Origin: Candidatus Omnitrophota bacterium
GTDB lineage: Bacteria; Omnitrophota; Gorgyraeia; Zapsychrales; Fredricksoniimonadaceae
DNA: 64,000 nucleotides
Assembly: GCA_028870995.1 (NCBI GenBank)
Contig: JAGWOI010000003.1
Span: 39,955 to 103,954, forward strand
Direction of reading: 5' to 3'
A model generated the notes under the pieces. It ran no database searches. It saw nothing but the letters and a program-made list of their open reading frames with translations, and was not told the DNA's origin. Shown here piece after piece: positions 44,234-58,464 of the stretch (its first letter is position 1; the number at the start of each line of letters is the position of its first letter). The translations under genes were made by a program, and so were the position numbers.

Positions 44234-44806
44234 ATGAAATTGCCGGCGGTTTTGTTGACAGGTATTTTTATTTTTGTGCCCCTGTTGCAGGCGCAGCAGC
44301 TGCCGGAGGCGGCCAACGCCATGCCAAGCATCTATGATTTCAAGGTCAAGACGATCGACGGCCGCGACGAGAACCTGGGCGATTATAAGGGCAAGGTGCT
44401 GTTGATCGTCAACACGGCCAGCCGCTGCGGCTTTACGCCCCAGTATGCGGGGCTCGAAAAATTGTACGAGCGTTATAAAGACCGGGGGTTTGTGGTGCTG
44501 GCCTTTCCTTCCAATGATTTCCTGGGCCAGGAGCCGGGAGATGATGCGGCCATTAAGCAATTTTGTGCGTTGAAATACAAAACCACCTTCCCGCTGTTTT
44601 CCAAAATAAGCGTCAAGGGACCGCATATCGCCCCGCTCTACCGCTATTTGACCACGGCTTCCGGTTTTAACGGGGGCATCACCTGGAACTTTAATAAATT
44701 TCTCGTTGACCGTCAAGGCCATGTCATCGGCCGCTTCGGTTCGCGCACCGCTCCCATGGATCCCGGCTTGGAAGAGGATGTGCTCGTGGCCTTGTCCCGT
44801 CAATAA
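44234..44806 (+). CDS. gpx: glutathione peroxidase (secreted)
   Basis: A signal peptide, then VNTASRCGFTPQYAGLEKLYERYKDRGFVVLAFPSNDFLGQEPG. Confidence 0.85.
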   Translation: MKLPAVLLTGIFIFVPLLQAQQLPEAANAMPSIYDFKVKTIDGRDENLGDYKGKVLLIVNTASRCGFTPQYAGLEKLYERYKDRGFVVLAFPSNDFLGQEPGDDAAIKQFCALKYKTTFPLFSKISVKGPHIAPLYRYLTTASGFNGGITWNFNKFLVDRQGHVIGRFGSRTAPMDPGLEEDVLVALSRQ

Positions 44807-44815
44807 GGGAGGGGA

Positions 44816-45434
44816 TATGACTTTCGAAAGCATCGTTAAAAGTCTTTCCTTGGCGGACCAAAAAATTATTCAAGAGGTGATGGCCTTATTCGAAACCGTC
44901 GACCGTCGGACCCAGGCCTTTTGCCGGCAGACGGGGCTTAAATGCAAGGAGGGCTGCGGGGCCTGTTGTGAAAACCCCCAGGTGGAAAGCACGGTCACTG
45001 AAGTCCTGCCCTTGGCCGTGTACCTTTGGTCGCAGGGCCAGGCTCTGGATACCTTGAAAGAGATCCGGGCCAGGGAGTCCCAAGGCCCCTGCGTCCTGTA
45101 TGAGCCGCACGCTTTTAATCACCACCGAGGCCGCTGCACCATTTACGTCTACCGGCCGGGCCTATGCCGGCTGTTTGGCTTTGCCGTCCGTAAAAACAAA
45201 TACGGCGAGCAGGAATTGATGACTTGCAAGGTCATCAAGGAGGAGCAGCCCGGCATTTGTGAGCGCACCGAGGAGAAATTGCGTAAAGGTTTGGAGGGGC
45301 CCCTGCTGACGTCCCATGCCTTTGATGTGGCCAATATCGATCCCGCCCATGGACGCGCCTTTTTGCCCATCAATGAGGCGCTGGCTCAGGCCATCGAAAG
45401 AATAGGATACGCGCTGGAAAAAGCAAAACAATAG
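44816..45434 (+). CDS. YkgJ-family (UPF0153) putative Fe-S/zinc-cluster protein
   Basis: CxxCxxCC motif (CKEGCGACCEN) and a downstream CTIYVYRPGLCRLFG, characteristic of the YkgJ family. The probable start is MTFESIV at 44816 after GGGAGGGG. Confidence 0.6.
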
Positions 45435-45473
45435 TTGCCGACCCTATCGCAAAGGTTGTATACTCGAAGCATC

Positions 45474-45845
45474 ATGGCTGCGAAAAAGACAATCCTATTT
45501 ATCGATGACAATCCTGTGGATAGGACCCTGATCAGCAGGCTTCTGGCCAAGCATGATTTTAAGGTTTTGCTGGCCGAGGACGGTCCGACGGGCCTGCGCA
45601 TGGCCAAGGAGCAGCCGCTGGACCTGATCCTGCTCGACATCCTGCTGCCGCAGATTTCAGGGATAGAGCTGTGCAAGAAGCTGAAGGCCGACGTGACCAC
45701 CTTTGATATCCCTGTCATTTTTTATACGTCCATCGATACTCCCAAACACCTGATCGACTACAGCTCTTACGGCGCTTGCGATTACATCCAAAAGACGACG
45801 CCGCCCGAAGAGCTGATTGCTTCCATCAAGGCCATCCTGGAATAA
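45474..45845 (+). CDS. single-domain response regulator (CheY-like receiver)
   Basis: KTILFIDDNPVDRTLISRLL…LDLILLDILLPQISGIELCKKLK…, with the receiver Asp pocket. The preferred start is the ATG at 45474 (MAAKK). TTGCCG-18-TATACT sits immediately upstream. Confidence 0.7.
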   Translation: MAAKKTILFIDDNPVDRTLISRLLAKHDFKVLLAEDGPTGLRMAKEQPLDLILLDILLPQISGIELCKKLKADVTTFDIPVIFYTSIDTPKHLIDYSSYGACDYIQKTTPPEELIASIKAILE

Positions 45846-45847
45846 GT

Positions 45848-45876
45848 TGACAAGGGCCGCTCCTTGCCTTATATTG
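45848..45876 (+). promoter_or_regulatory. sigma70-like promoter upstream of carA (TTGACA-17-TATATT)
   Basis: TTGACA at 45848-45853 and TATATT at 45871-45876. Confidence 0.4.
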
Positions 45877-45945
45877 TATAAGGCACGGAGATAATTCTTC
45901 CCGCCACAAGTCATTTCCACATCATTTTTCGACGAAAAGCAGGGC

Positions 45946-47032
45946 ATGAAAGAGGCCATTCTATATTTGCAGGACGCCGCGAGTTTTCGCGGCCGTACGT
46001 TAAAAGAAGCAGGGGAGACCGCAGGCGAGGTTGTCTTCAATACAGCCATGACCGGTTACCAGGAAGTCCTCACGGATCCCTCCTATACCGGCCAGATCGT
46101 CGTGATGACCTATCCGCTGATCGGCAATTACGGCGTCAACGAAGAGGACATCGAATCCGACCGGGTGCATGTCAAGGGCTTCGTAGTCAAGGAATTCTGC
46201 CGCCGTCCTTCCAATTGGCGCGCCAAGAAAAGCCTCACCGAATATTTAAATGAAAATAAGATCATTGCCATGGAAGGCGTGGACACCCGCGCCCTGACCC
46301 GTCATTTGCGCATTTCCGGGGCCATGAAGGCCATTATCTCCACGGAAGATTTCGACCCTAAAAGTTTACAGCGTAAACTGGATGCCATGCCGTCGATGGA
46401 GGGAATGGATTTCGTCAAGGACGTCAGCACGGCCAAAAAATACGTGTGGAAGCATTCCGGTCCCCGCCGCTACAAGATCGCGGCCATCGATTGCGGCATC
46501 AAATACAATATCTTGCGCATTTTGGCGGACTTAGGCTGCGAGATCCATGTGTTCCCGGCCAAGACGAGGCCCGCGGAGATCATGGCCATCAAGCCGGACG
46601 GCTTATTCCTGTCCAACGGTCCCGGCGATCCGGCCGTGGTCAACTATGTCATTGATACGGTGCGGGAATGCTTAGGGAAGCTGCCCATCTTCGGCATCTG
46701 CCTGGGCAACCAGATCTTGGGGCTGGCCCTGGGCGGCAAGACCTATAAATTGAAGTTCGGCCACCATGGCGCCAACCATCCTGTCAAAGATTTTGAAGGC
46801 AACCGTATTGCGGTCACCAGCCAAAACCACGGCTTTTGCGTGGATCTTAAAAGCCTTAATAGCGACGATGTTGAAGTGATCCACACCAATTTGAACGACC
46901 AAAGTGTGGAGGGCATCCGGCACAAGCATTTTCCGGCTTTTTCCATCCAATACCATCCGGAATCGGCGCCGGGACCGCATGATGCCCATTATTTGTTCAA
47001 CCATTTTATCGCCATGATCGAGAAGCATAAAA

Positions 47033-47040
<8 letters not shown>
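45946..47040 (+). CDS. carA: carbamoyl-phosphate synthase small subunit
   Basis: 364 aa. CPSase small-subunit N-domain plus GATase1 ([31 protein letters not shown]). Confidence 0.9.
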
Positions 47041-50347
<3,307 letters not shown>

Positions 50348-50353
50348 GGTTTT

Positions 50354-51727
50354 ATGTGCGGGATCGTAGGCCTAAGTCATCATAAAGAAGCGGGCAAGAT
50401 AGCCTTTTTGGGCTTGTACGCCCTGCAGCATCGCGGCGAAGAGGCCGCGGGCATCGTTTCCTACGACGGCCAACAGATGCACGTCGTCAAAAAGGACGGA
50501 TTGGCCGTCGATAATTTCGATGAGGAGAACATCTCCAGGCTGAAAGGCCACATGGCCATCGCCCACACCCGTTATTCCACCACCGGCAGCTCTCAAAGCA
50601 AGAACATCCAGCCCCTGGTGGTCAACCACCGCAAGAAAACCATGGCCCTGGCGCATAACGGCAATCTGGTCAACACCGAGGAGCTTTGTACAAAACTTGA
50701 GGGGGAAGGCTCGATTTTTCAGACCTCCATGGACTCCGAGGTTTTTATGCACCTGCTGGCCAAGACACCCAACGGCAACATGGCCGAATGGCTGACCAAG
50801 GTCTTTGTCCAGGTTAAGGGGGCGTATTCCGTGGTGATGCTGTTGAATGACTGCCTGGTCGGCGCCCGCGATCCCCAAGGGTTCAGGCCTTTGTGTTTAG
50901 GAAAACTTGGCGACGGCTATATTTTGGCCTCGGAGAGCTGTGCCTTTGATCTGATGAACGCGGAATTTGTGCGGGAGATAGATCCCGGTGAAATTGTCAT
51001 CATTAAAGGCAATAAACTGGAATCCATTTATCTGCCCGGAAGCCGTGAAGCCCAAAAGGCCTTTTGCATTTTCGAGAACATTTATTTCGCGCGTCCGGAC
51101 AGTACTATTTTCGGGGACAATATTTACCAGGTCCGCAAACGGCTGGGGGCCAGGCTCGCCATCGAGCACCCGGCAAGCGCCGATTTTGTCTTAGGCATTC
51201 CCGATTCCGGCAATTATGCCGCCCTGGGGTATGCCCAACAATTGAACATGCCTTTCGAACAGGGGATCATCCGCAACCACTATATCGGCCGCACCTTTAT
51301 CCAGCCGACACAATTTTTGCGGGAATTCCGGGTGCGGGTAAAACTTAATCCCATCCGCGATCTTATCAAAGGCAAAAGGGTGGTGGTGATCGAAGATTCC
51401 ATCGTGCGCGGCACCACGTCCCGCAGCCGCATTGAAGGCATCCGCGAGGCCGGCGCCAAGGAGATCCATATGCGGATCTCCTGCCCGCCCATCAAGTCCC
51501 CGTGCTTTTACGGGATCGATTTCCCGTCGACGGGTGAATTGATCGCGCACAACAAGACCATCGCACAAATCGCAGATTTTATCAAGGTCGATTCTTTGGG
51601 TTTTTTAAGCTTGGGAGGCATGCTGTCCGTGATGAAGGAGAAGGGCAATTTCTGCTCCGCCTGTTTCACCGGCCAATACCCCACCGATATCCCGAAGAAC
51701 ACCGATAAATTAAAGTTGGAAAAATGA
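50354..51727 (+). CDS. purF: amidophosphoribosyltransferase
   Basis: MCGIVGL Ntn start, a PRTase domain, and C-terminal cysteines for a 4Fe-4S cluster. Confidence 0.9.
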   Translation: MCGIVGLSHHKEAGKIAFLGLYALQHRGEEAAGIVSYDGQQMHVVKKDGLAVDNFDEENISRLKGHMAIAHTRYSTTGSSQSKNIQPLVVNHRKKTMALAHNGNLVNTEELCTKLEGEGSIFQTSMDSEVFMHLLAKTPNGNMAEWLTKVFVQVKGAYSVVMLLNDCLVGARDPQGFRPLCLGKLGDGYILASESCAFDLMNAEFVREIDPGEIVIIKGNKLESIYLPGSREAQKAFCIFENIYFARPDSTIFGDNIYQVRKRLGARLAIEHPASADFVLGIPDSGNYAALGYAQQLNMPFEQGIIRNHYIGRTFIQPTQFLREFRVRVKLNPIRDLIKGKRVVVIEDSIVRGTTSRSRIEGIREAGAKEIHMRISCPPIKSPCFYGIDFPSTGELIAHNKTIAQIADFIKVDSLGFLSLGGMLSVMKEKGNFCSACFTGQYPTDIPKNTDKLKLEK

Positions 51728-53337
51728 GCAAATACATATTTGTGACAGGCGGTGTGGTTTCAAGTCTTGGTAAAGGCATTGCGGCGGCCTCGATCGGCAA
51801 GCTGCTGGAGGCCCGCGGCCTTAAGACGGCCATCATCAAGTGTGACCCTTATCTGAACGTGGACCCCGGCACCATGAACCCCTTTCAGCACGGCGAGGTG
51901 TATGTCACCGACGACGGCGCGGAAACCGACCTGGACCTGGGGCATTACGAGCGCTTCACCCACACCCAGCTTTCCAAAGACAGCAGCATCACGGCCGGCA
52001 AGGTGTACTATTCCGTGATCACCAAGGAACGCCGCGGCGATTACCTGGGCAAGACCGTGCAGATCATTCCGCACATCACCGACGAGATCAAGGAGCGCAT
52101 CAAGAAGGTGGCCAGGGCCAATGATGTGGATGTGACGATCGTTGAGATCGGCGGAACGGTGGGCGACATCGAAAGCCTGCCCTTTTTGGAAGCCATCCGC
52201 CAGCTGCGCTGGGAACTCGGCGAGTCCTACGCGCTTAACATTCATGTGACCCTTTTGCCGTATATCAAGTCCGCAGGCGAAATGAAGACCAAGCCCACCC
52301 AGCACAGCGTCGGGCGTCTGCGTGAAATAGGCATTATCCCGCAGATCCTCATGTGCCGCACCGAACGGGAGATCACCCAGGAGCAGCGCGAAAAAATCGC
52401 CTTGTTCTGCAATGTGGACGTGGAGGCGGTCATCGAAGCGCCTGACGTCAAGCACATCTATGAAGTGCCTGCCGTTTTCAAAGAAGAAGGCCTGGATGAC
52501 CTGATTCTAAAGAAGCTCAACATCAAACTGCCGGACCGCGGCATCAAGAGCTGGGAAGACGGCGTTTTAAAACGCTTGAGGGCGCCGGCCAGGGAAGTCA
52601 AAATTGCGGTGGTCGGCAAATACATCACCCTGCAGGACGCTTATAAATCCATTTACGAGGCTCTGGTGCACGGGGGCATTGCCAATAATGCCCGGGTCAA
52701 TATCGTGAAAATAGATTCGGAAGAGGTGGAGGCCCACGGCCTCAAAAAATATTTGAAAGATGCCCAGGGGATTTTGATCCCCGGCGGGTTCGGCTCCCGC
52801 GGCATCGAGGGCAAGATCGCGGCGGTCAGGTTTGCCCGGGAAAACAACATTCCGTTCTTCGGGATTTGTTTAGGCATGCAGATCGCCACCATCGAATTCG
52901 CCCGGCATGTGGCCGGCCTTAAGGACGCCAATTCGACCGAATTCGACAAAGAGACGCCATGCCCTGTCATCAGCCTGATCGAGGAGCAAAAAGAGGTCAA
53001 GGACATGGGCGCCTCCATGCGCCTGGGGGCTTTTGCCTGCCTTTTGGACAAGGGCTCCAAAAGTTTTGAGGTTTATAAGTCCGATAAAATTTCGGAACGT
53101 CATCGCCACCGCTATGAGTTCAATAACGCGTTCCGTCAGCAGTTGACCGCCAAGGGTTTGTCCATTGCCGGGATCAATCCCGACCAGGACCTGGTGGAAA
53201 TTGTCGAGATCAAGGACCATCCGTGGTTTGTGGGCTGTCAATTCCATCCGGAATTCAAGTCCAAGCCTGACAGCGCCCATCCTCTCTTTAGGGGCTTTAT
53301 CGCTGCGGCGGCAAATAAAGTGGTGAGTGTGCATTGA
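51724..53337 (+). CDS. pyrG: CTP synthase
   Basis: [25 protein letters not shown]… and C-terminal GATase GICLGMQ. Confidence 0.95.
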   Translation: MSKYIFVTGGVVSSLGKGIAAASIGKLLEARGLKTAIIKCDPYLNVDPGTMNPFQHGEVYVTDDGAETDLDLGHYERFTHTQLSKDSSITAGKVYYSVITKERRGDYLGKTVQIIPHITDEIKERIKKVARANDVDVTIVEIGGTVGDIESLPFLEAIRQLRWELGESYALNIHVTLLPYIKSAGEMKTKPTQHSVGRLREIGIIPQILMCRTEREITQEQREKIALFCNVDVEAVIEAPDVKHIYEVPAVFKEEGLDDLILKKLNIKLPDRGIKSWEDGVLKRLRAPAREVKIAVVGKYITLQDAYKSIYEALVHGGIANNARVNIVKIDSEEVEAHGLKKYLKDAQGILIPGGFGSRGIEGKIAAVRFARENNIPFFGICLGMQIATIEFARHVAGLKDANSTEFDKETPCPVISLIEEQKEVKDMGASMRLGAFACLLDKGSKSFEVYKSDKISERHRHRYEFNNAFRQQLTAKGLSIAGINPDQDLVEIVEIKDHPWFVGCQFHPEFKSKPDSAHPLFRGFIAAAANKVVSVH

Positions 53338-53351
53338 TAAAATAGGTTCAA

Positions 53352-53436
<85 letters not shown>

Positions 53437-53458
53437 TTAATAGTTGAAAACAGCAATT

Positions 53459-54163
53459 ATGGGAAGACCCATTGAAGTATCGGCCAGTATCCTGGCTGCT
53501 GATTTTGCCAACCTGGAACGCGACATCAAGCGCTGCGAGGCCGCCGGAGTGGCACGTTTTCATATCGATTGCATGGACGGCCATTTTGTCCCCAACCTGA
53601 CCATCGGCCCCGTCATCGTGGAGGCCATTCGCAGGCATACCAAGCTTCCCCTCGAGGCCCATTTGATGATCGAGCATCCCGGGGATTATATCGGGCACTA
53701 TGCCAAGGCCGGAGCGGACATCATCCAACTCCAGGCGGAATGTTACGGCCGGCGCCGGGCTGCCTGCGGCCTATGGAACCAATGGCCCAAAGAAACCGAC
53801 CATGTGGATGCCGCCGCCCTGTGTGCGGATTTAAAGAAGATCCGGGGACTCGGGAAAAAAGCCTTCGTGGTTTTTAATCCCGGTACACCCCTGGCCGAGG
53901 ATGTGCTTGGCACGTGTGACGGCGTCCTTATCATGTCGGTCAATCCCGGGTTTGCCGGCCAGAAATTCATGCCCGAAGCCCTGCCTAAACTAAAACGCCT
54001 GAAGGAAATTTTTAAGGGCGATATTGCCATTGACGGAGGAGTCAATGCCCAAACCGCGCCATCTGCGGTGGGGGCGGGGGCCCGTGTCCTTATCACCGCC
54101 AGTTATCTTTTCGGCGCCCCGGATCTTTCAGCCGTGGTCGAGACCCTTAAATCCTTGGGTTGA
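53459..54163 (+). CDS. rpe: ribulose-phosphate 3-epimerase
   Basis: …SILAADFANLERDI…HIDCMDGHFVPNLTIGP…MSVNPGFAGQKF…. It contains a ~19-aa in-frame insertion relative to E. coli Rpe (see findings). The track start is a TTG 8 nt after the tRNA. The ATG at 53459 is preferred. Confidence 0.85.
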   Translation: MGRPIEVSASILAADFANLERDIKRCEAAGVARFHIDCMDGHFVPNLTIGPVIVEAIRRHTKLPLEAHLMIEHPGDYIGHYAKAGADIIQLQAECYGRRRAACGLWNQWPKETDHVDAAALCADLKKIRGLGKKAFVVFNPGTPLAEDVLGTCDGVLIMSVNPGFAGQKFMPEALPKLKRLKEIFKGDIAIDGGVNAQTAPSAVGAGARVLITASYLFGAPDLSAVVETLKSLG

Positions 54164-54235
54164 TTTTGCTCTTCCCGTTTTTATATGTTATATTTGTATT
54201 ATCTCGCGCTTTAGAAAACCTGTCTCAAGGAGAGT

Positions 54236-55999
54236 ATGAGGATATCTGTCAATCATAGCTCTTTCAGAGGCCAGACCTCCATAGAATACCTTTTGCTTTT
54301 GGCGGTGGTGGCGGTGGTCGTGATAACCGCTTTCAGCCGCGGGGGCTTGATCGACAAGGTGCGCAACACGGCAGGGGATTATTATAATACCGTCACCCGC
54401 GTTATCATGGATAGTGACGACGGCACCCGGACCCTTCCCAACGGTAAGACAGCTTCCGTAGATACGCCCAATCCCATCGACGGCGGCTGGTGCCCGGTCG
54501 TTTGTCCGACCGGCAGCGGCCCTACTACCATTTACGGCGCCTGTGAATGCCCGGCGCCTGCCTTCGGCGGGCAAGGCTGTCCCAGCCTCACGGTTTCCTG
54601 TCTGGAGGGCAAGGAGACGGCCGGCCCCAATACGGGAGGGGCTTGCAAAGGCCAGGTCATATACTGCGGCGGGACGACAAGCTGCGGTCCTTGTCCGGCT
54701 GGTCAATCTTGCGGCGCGCCGCCTCCGGTGGTTACGAATACACCAGGATGCGGCTGTGCCGATGGCCTGACCTGTGATCCCAATCAACGTTGTACCCCGG
54801 GCCTTTACGGGTGCCCGGACAGCTGCACTCCCAGTTGCACCAGGCAAACCTGTCCTCAATGCTATCCTCCGACCGGCTCCATTCCAGATGCGCAGTGCAG
54901 CAGCTGTGAATGCCCGTCGGGCTCATTTTACGATCAAGCCAGCAACAGCTGTCTCAGTTATTGCCCGAAACCGCCAGGGGCTGTTTCTTCATGTAATACT
55001 TGGAACGGGACATCCTGCGTGCCGGTCAACTGCGGCACCAATCAATATTGCGATACGTCCAAACCTCCCGCCTGTCAATGCCAGTGTGATCAGTATTCCT
55101 ATTGGAATGGTTATGCCTGTGTTTATTGCACTGCAGATACTCAGGGCCATTGTACCCTGCCTGTGTCGACGGGCGGCAGCGGCCCATGTAATACAGGGGC
55201 GACGACGACGTGCCAGTCGATCACTTGCCCGAATAATATGTATTGCAACACAGCGCAGAATGCCTGCCAGTGTATCGCTGGGACTTCCTGGAACGGCACG
55301 GCCTGCGTTACGACCAAGATCAATGGGGCCTGTGGAACAACAGAGGGTTCTTGTACGGCAGGCACCGCCGGGAGCATTACTACGACCAATTCTACCTATA
55401 CGTGGACCTGTCAAGGCAGTGGCGGCGGCTCCAACGCCTCTTGCTGCGCGCCTGTTGTGGCCTGTCCTACGTCTGGGACCATTTGCGGCAAAGATGCGTG
55501 CGGCAATACCTGCCCCGGCGCAACCACATGTGGGGCAGGATATCAATGCAGCAATAATATTTGCCAGGATTGCTGCACGGGATTCTGTGGGGGAACCAGA
55601 TGCGGCAAAACTTGCCCTAATACCTGTGGATATACCAATGGGACGGGGACGCAAGACGAGTGCTGTTCGACGAGTACGCCGCCATACACGCGGTGCCTGG
55701 GAGCAGAAACGATTACGACATATCCCAAGCCTTCCGCCTGCAAGAGTGTGCAAATTCCCAATACATCACCGACGTCGAATTATTACTATACCTGTGCTCT
55801 AAAAGTAACCGGCGGCTGGGTAACGCCTTCATGCAGTAATTATAATGGCGCCAGTTGCAAGAAAAATACCGGCGGGGCGGCCTGGCCGGGTGTCTGCTTC
55901 TCCAATAATAGTTCTACGACCAGCGCCGTGTCGATGTATTATAACAAGGCCGTCACCATCGAGTGCTCCCAGGTTTACATCCCCGGCGGGGGCGCGTAA
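54236..55999 (+). CDS. Cys-rich secreted protein with a Flp/TadE-type (class III) prepilin N-terminus
   Basis: N-terminus MRISVNHSSFRG↓QTSIEYLLLLAVVAVVVITAF carries the G/xxxxEY prepilin-peptidase motif plus a hydrophobic helix. The remaining ~550 aa are about 12% Cys with repeated C-x-C motifs and two copies of the module C..N.YC[DN]T....ACQC......WNG.AC. An AAGGAGAG RBS is present. The long overlapping ORFs on other frames and the opposite strand are Arg/Ala/Pro-rich shadows. Confidence 0.6.
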   Translation: MRISVNHSSFRGQTSIEYLLLLAVVAVVVITAFSRGGLIDKVRNTAGDYYNTVTRVIMDSDDGTRTLPNGKTASVDTPNPIDGGWCPVVCPTGSGPTTIYGACECPAPAFGGQGCPSLTVSCLEGKETAGPNTGGACKGQVIYCGGTTSCGPCPAGQSCGAPPPVVTNTPGCGCADGLTCDPNQRCTPGLYGCPDSCTPSCTRQTCPQCYPPTGSIPDAQCSSCECPSGSFYDQASNSCLSYCPKPPGAVSSCNTWNGTSCVPVNCGTNQYCDTSKPPACQCQCDQYSYWNGYACVYCTADTQGHCTLPVSTGGSGPCNTGATTTCQSITCPNNMYCNTAQNACQCIAGTSWNGTACVTTKINGACGTTEGSCTAGTAGSITTTNSTYTWTCQGSGGGSNASCCAPVVACPTSGTICGKDACGNTCPGATTCGAGYQCSNNICQDCCTGFCGGTRCGKTCPNTCGYTNGTGTQDECCSTSTPPYTRCLGAETITTYPKPSACKSVQIPNTSPTSNYYYTCALKVTGGWVTPSCSNYNGASCKKNTGGAAWPGVCFSNNSSTTSAVSMYYNKAVTIECSQVYIPGGGA

Positions 56000-56003
56000 C
56001 TTT

Positions 56004-56933
56004 CTAACCTTTTCTCTGATCCCTCTGAAAATTACTTTTGCCCATGGACTTGGCGAATTTTTTTAACTCCGCGCCGATTTCGCCGATCTGGGCCACATGG
56101 GTGATTCTTTGGTTGGCATTGCTGACAATACCGATGGAGACTGAGACCAAGCCTGCCTTGATGGGGTTGCCCTGGCGGTCAACACCGCTTATAAAACCAG
56201 CCTGCCGGTCATCGTCTTTATAAAAGCTGGGAGATAGTTTATCAAAGGCGTCGATGACGGACTGGCTGACCCGGTCGGCTTTGTCATCGTCGCAGATAAA
56301 GACAAAGTCGTCCCCGCCGATATGCCCCACAAAAGCTTCCGCGCCGCAGAATTGCTGGCTGGCCTCAACCAGGATACGGGCTAGGGCCCGGATGACCTCA
56401 TCGCCGTGTTCAAACCCGTACTTGTCGTTGTAGACCTTGAATTTGTCGAGGTCCACATAGCCGACCGCAAAGGGTTTGTCGCTGTCGATACGGCCCTGAA
56501 GCTCGTCCATGATGGAGGTATTGCCGGGCAGGTGCGAGAGGGGATTGGCGTCCAGCGATCGGCTGGTGCGCTTGAGGATCATCTTGATGCGCGCCACCAG
56601 GGTCTCGGGCTCGAAAGGTTTGACCAAGTAATCGTCGGCGCCGGATTCTATGCCGGTGACCATGTCCCTGGTCTCTCCCTTGCCGGTCAGCATGATGACC
56701 GGCAGATGGCGCAGCAAGATGTCCCGCCGCAGCTGCCGGCAGAATTCCGCGCCGTTCATGACCGGCATGTTATAGTCGGTGATGATCAGGTCCGGGTTTT
56801 TGGCCTTGACCATTTCCAGCCCTTCCTTGCCGTTGCTGGCAGCCAGGACGGTATAATGTTCCGACAGGCTCAAGTCCAGGACATCACGGATGTCCGGGTC
56901 GTCATCGATGATCAGTATCCGTTCACGCCGCAT
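56004..56933 (-). CDS. response regulator with GGDEF output (diguanylate cyclase, PleD-like)
   Basis: Receiver (ILIIDDDPDIRDVL…LITDYNMPVMNGAEF…LTGKGETRD) followed by GGDEF (…YVDLDKFKVYNDKYGFEHGDEVI…GHIGGDDFVFI). Confidence 0.85.
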   Translation of the reverse strand: MRRERILIIDDDPDIRDVLDLSLSEHYTVLAASNGKEGLEMVKAKNPDLIITDYNMPVMNGAEFCRQLRRDILLRHLPVIMLTGKGETRDMVTGIESGADDYLVKPFEPETLVARIKMILKRTSRSLDANPLSHLPGNTSIMDELQGRIDSDKPFAVGYVDLDKFKVYNDKYGFEHGDEVIRALARILVEASQQFCGAEAFVGHIGGDDFVFICDDDKADRVSQSVIDAFDKLSPSFYKDDDRQAGFISGVDRQGNPIKAGLVSVSIGIVSNANQRITHVAQIGEIGAELKKFAKSMGKSNFQRDQRKG

Positions 56934-58461
56934 AATTTTTCTCTAGGTTGATGCGTTCCTCGAATGCCTTTTGGGAAGCAGGCAGGGTGAAATAAAAAAT
57001 GGTCCCCGTGCCTACCGTGCTCTCCACCCATATTTTACCATGATGGGCCGCCACAATGTTCTTAGCCAGGACCAATCCCAAGCCGGTGCCTTTAACGTTC
57101 TGGTTGATCTCGTTGTCCACCCGGAAGAATTCGTTGAACAATTTCTGGATCTCCGCCGCCGGGATGCCGATGCCCGTGTCGGACACGCTTAAAACCGCGA
57201 ACCCTTCATCGAGAGCAGGGGAAACCCCGATGGTGACAGTGCCCTGCGCGGGGGTAAATTTAATGGCATTGCCTAAGAGATTGATGAAGACGCGTTCCAC
57301 CTGGGAGGCGTCCACGTAGATGTTTTCAACCTCAGTGCAGAGGCGCTGCTGTAATTTGATGCCCTTGGCCGTCATTTGGGGCGCTAAAAGATCGGCCACA
57401 TTGTCCACCATGCTCTTGATTTTGTACAGTGCAAACTTCATTTCCTGGCGGTTGGACTCGATGCGGGCGATGTCCAGCAGATTATTGATGAGACTCACCA
57501 GGTTGTCCGAATGGGTGTTGATTTTGGACAGGCGTTCCTTGACGGCAGCAGGCACATCCCCGATCTTGCCGGCGATCAGGATGGAGGCATAGCCTTTGAT
57601 GGAGGTCAGGGGCGTGCGCAGTTCATGCGAGACGGCGGAGATGAACTCCGATTTCTTTCGGCTGATCTCATTGACCTTTTGCAGCGCCGTGGCCAGCTGT
57701 TTGGTGCGTTCGGCCACCTTAAGTTCCAGATGCTGGCTGGAAAGGAACACCTTTTCGAACAGCCGGGCATTCTCGATGGACTGGCCGATCTGGCCGGCCA
57801 GGATGGTGATCAGTTCCTCGTCGCCCTGGGTCATGGCCGGCGCGTTGAACCCGTAGCCGGCAAAGACGAAGCCGATGGCCCCGGTTTGGGCGGTGACAGG
57901 GGCCAGGATAAAGTGGTCGGATTCGAAGATCTGGATGATGCGTTCCCTGGTTTTGGTGGGGCAATTATTGAGGGATAGGGCAGCGGTCAGTCCTTTAAGG
58001 GTCTCTTCGCTTTCGAATTCTTTCAGGATAGCGTCGGCCCGACTGTCCTTGTAACCGATGTTAAGGCGTACTTTAAGCAAGTTGTTATCATTGATGCAGG
58101 CAATGAGGATGCGGGAAAACCCCAGGTCTCCAAAAAGTGAGGGCGAAATTTTTTGGAAGATTTCGCTTTCATTGAGCGCCTGGCTCATTTGCCGGGATGT
58201 CCGCTGGAGGGCATTGAGGCCGTTGAGGCGCTTGTCCATTTCCTCGCGGGTTTTATGCAGCTCCAGGTCCGTGCGGACAATGAGCTTGGCCTGCTCATCC
58301 AATTCGTTGAAAGAACTCAGCAGTTTGTCCTGTTGGGCTTTCATACGGGCGATAGTTTCTTCCCGGGAGACGAAGGAATAAACAAGATAGACGATGATGC
58401 AGATCAGGATAAAAATAAAAACAACGAGCGCATGGAGCATGAGGGGAGGCGTCACATCCAT
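56923..58461 (-). CDS. membrane-anchored GAF sensor histidine kinase
   Basis: One N-terminal TM, a coiled coil, a GAF-like module, HisKA (FISAVSHELRTPLTSIKGY) and HATPase_c (…GTGLGLVLAKNIVAAHHGKIWVEST). Confidence 0.85.
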   Translation of the reverse strand: MDVTPPLMLHALVVFIFILICIIVYLVYSFVSREETIARMKAQQDKLLSSFNELDEQAKLIVRTDLELHKTREEMDKRLNGLNALQRTSRQMSQALNESEIFQKISPSLFGDLGFSRILIACINDNNLLKVRLNIGYKDSRADAILKEFESEETLKGLTAALSLNNCPTKTRERIIQIFESDHFILAPVTAQTGAIGFVFAGYGFNAPAMTQGDEELITILAGQIGQSIENARLFEKVFLSSQHLELKVAERTKQLATALQKVNEISRKKSEFISAVSHELRTPLTSIKGYASILIAGKIGDVPAAVKERLSKINTHSDNLVSLINNLLDIARIESNRQEMKFALYKIKSMVDNVADLLAPQMTAKGIKLQQRLCTEVENIYVDASQVERVFINLLGNAIKFTPAQGTVTIGVSPALDEGFAVLSVSDTGIGIPAAEIQKLFNEFFRVDNEINQNVKGTGLGLVLAKNIVAAHHGKIWVESTVGTGTIFYFTLPASQKAFEERINLEKNYAA

Positions 58462-58464
58462 ATT

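Noticed and set aside
45846-45945. PyrR-type or other attenuator upstream of carA
   Set aside because: There is no terminator hairpin, U-tract or PyrR box between the promoter and the carA start. It is just a short unstructured leader.
53569-53877. Alternative-frame ORF inside rpe as evidence of a frameshift
   Set aside because: Translating all three frames shows the annotated frame keeps Rpe motifs on both sides of the insertion. The alternative-frame product is Pro/Arg-rich shadow.
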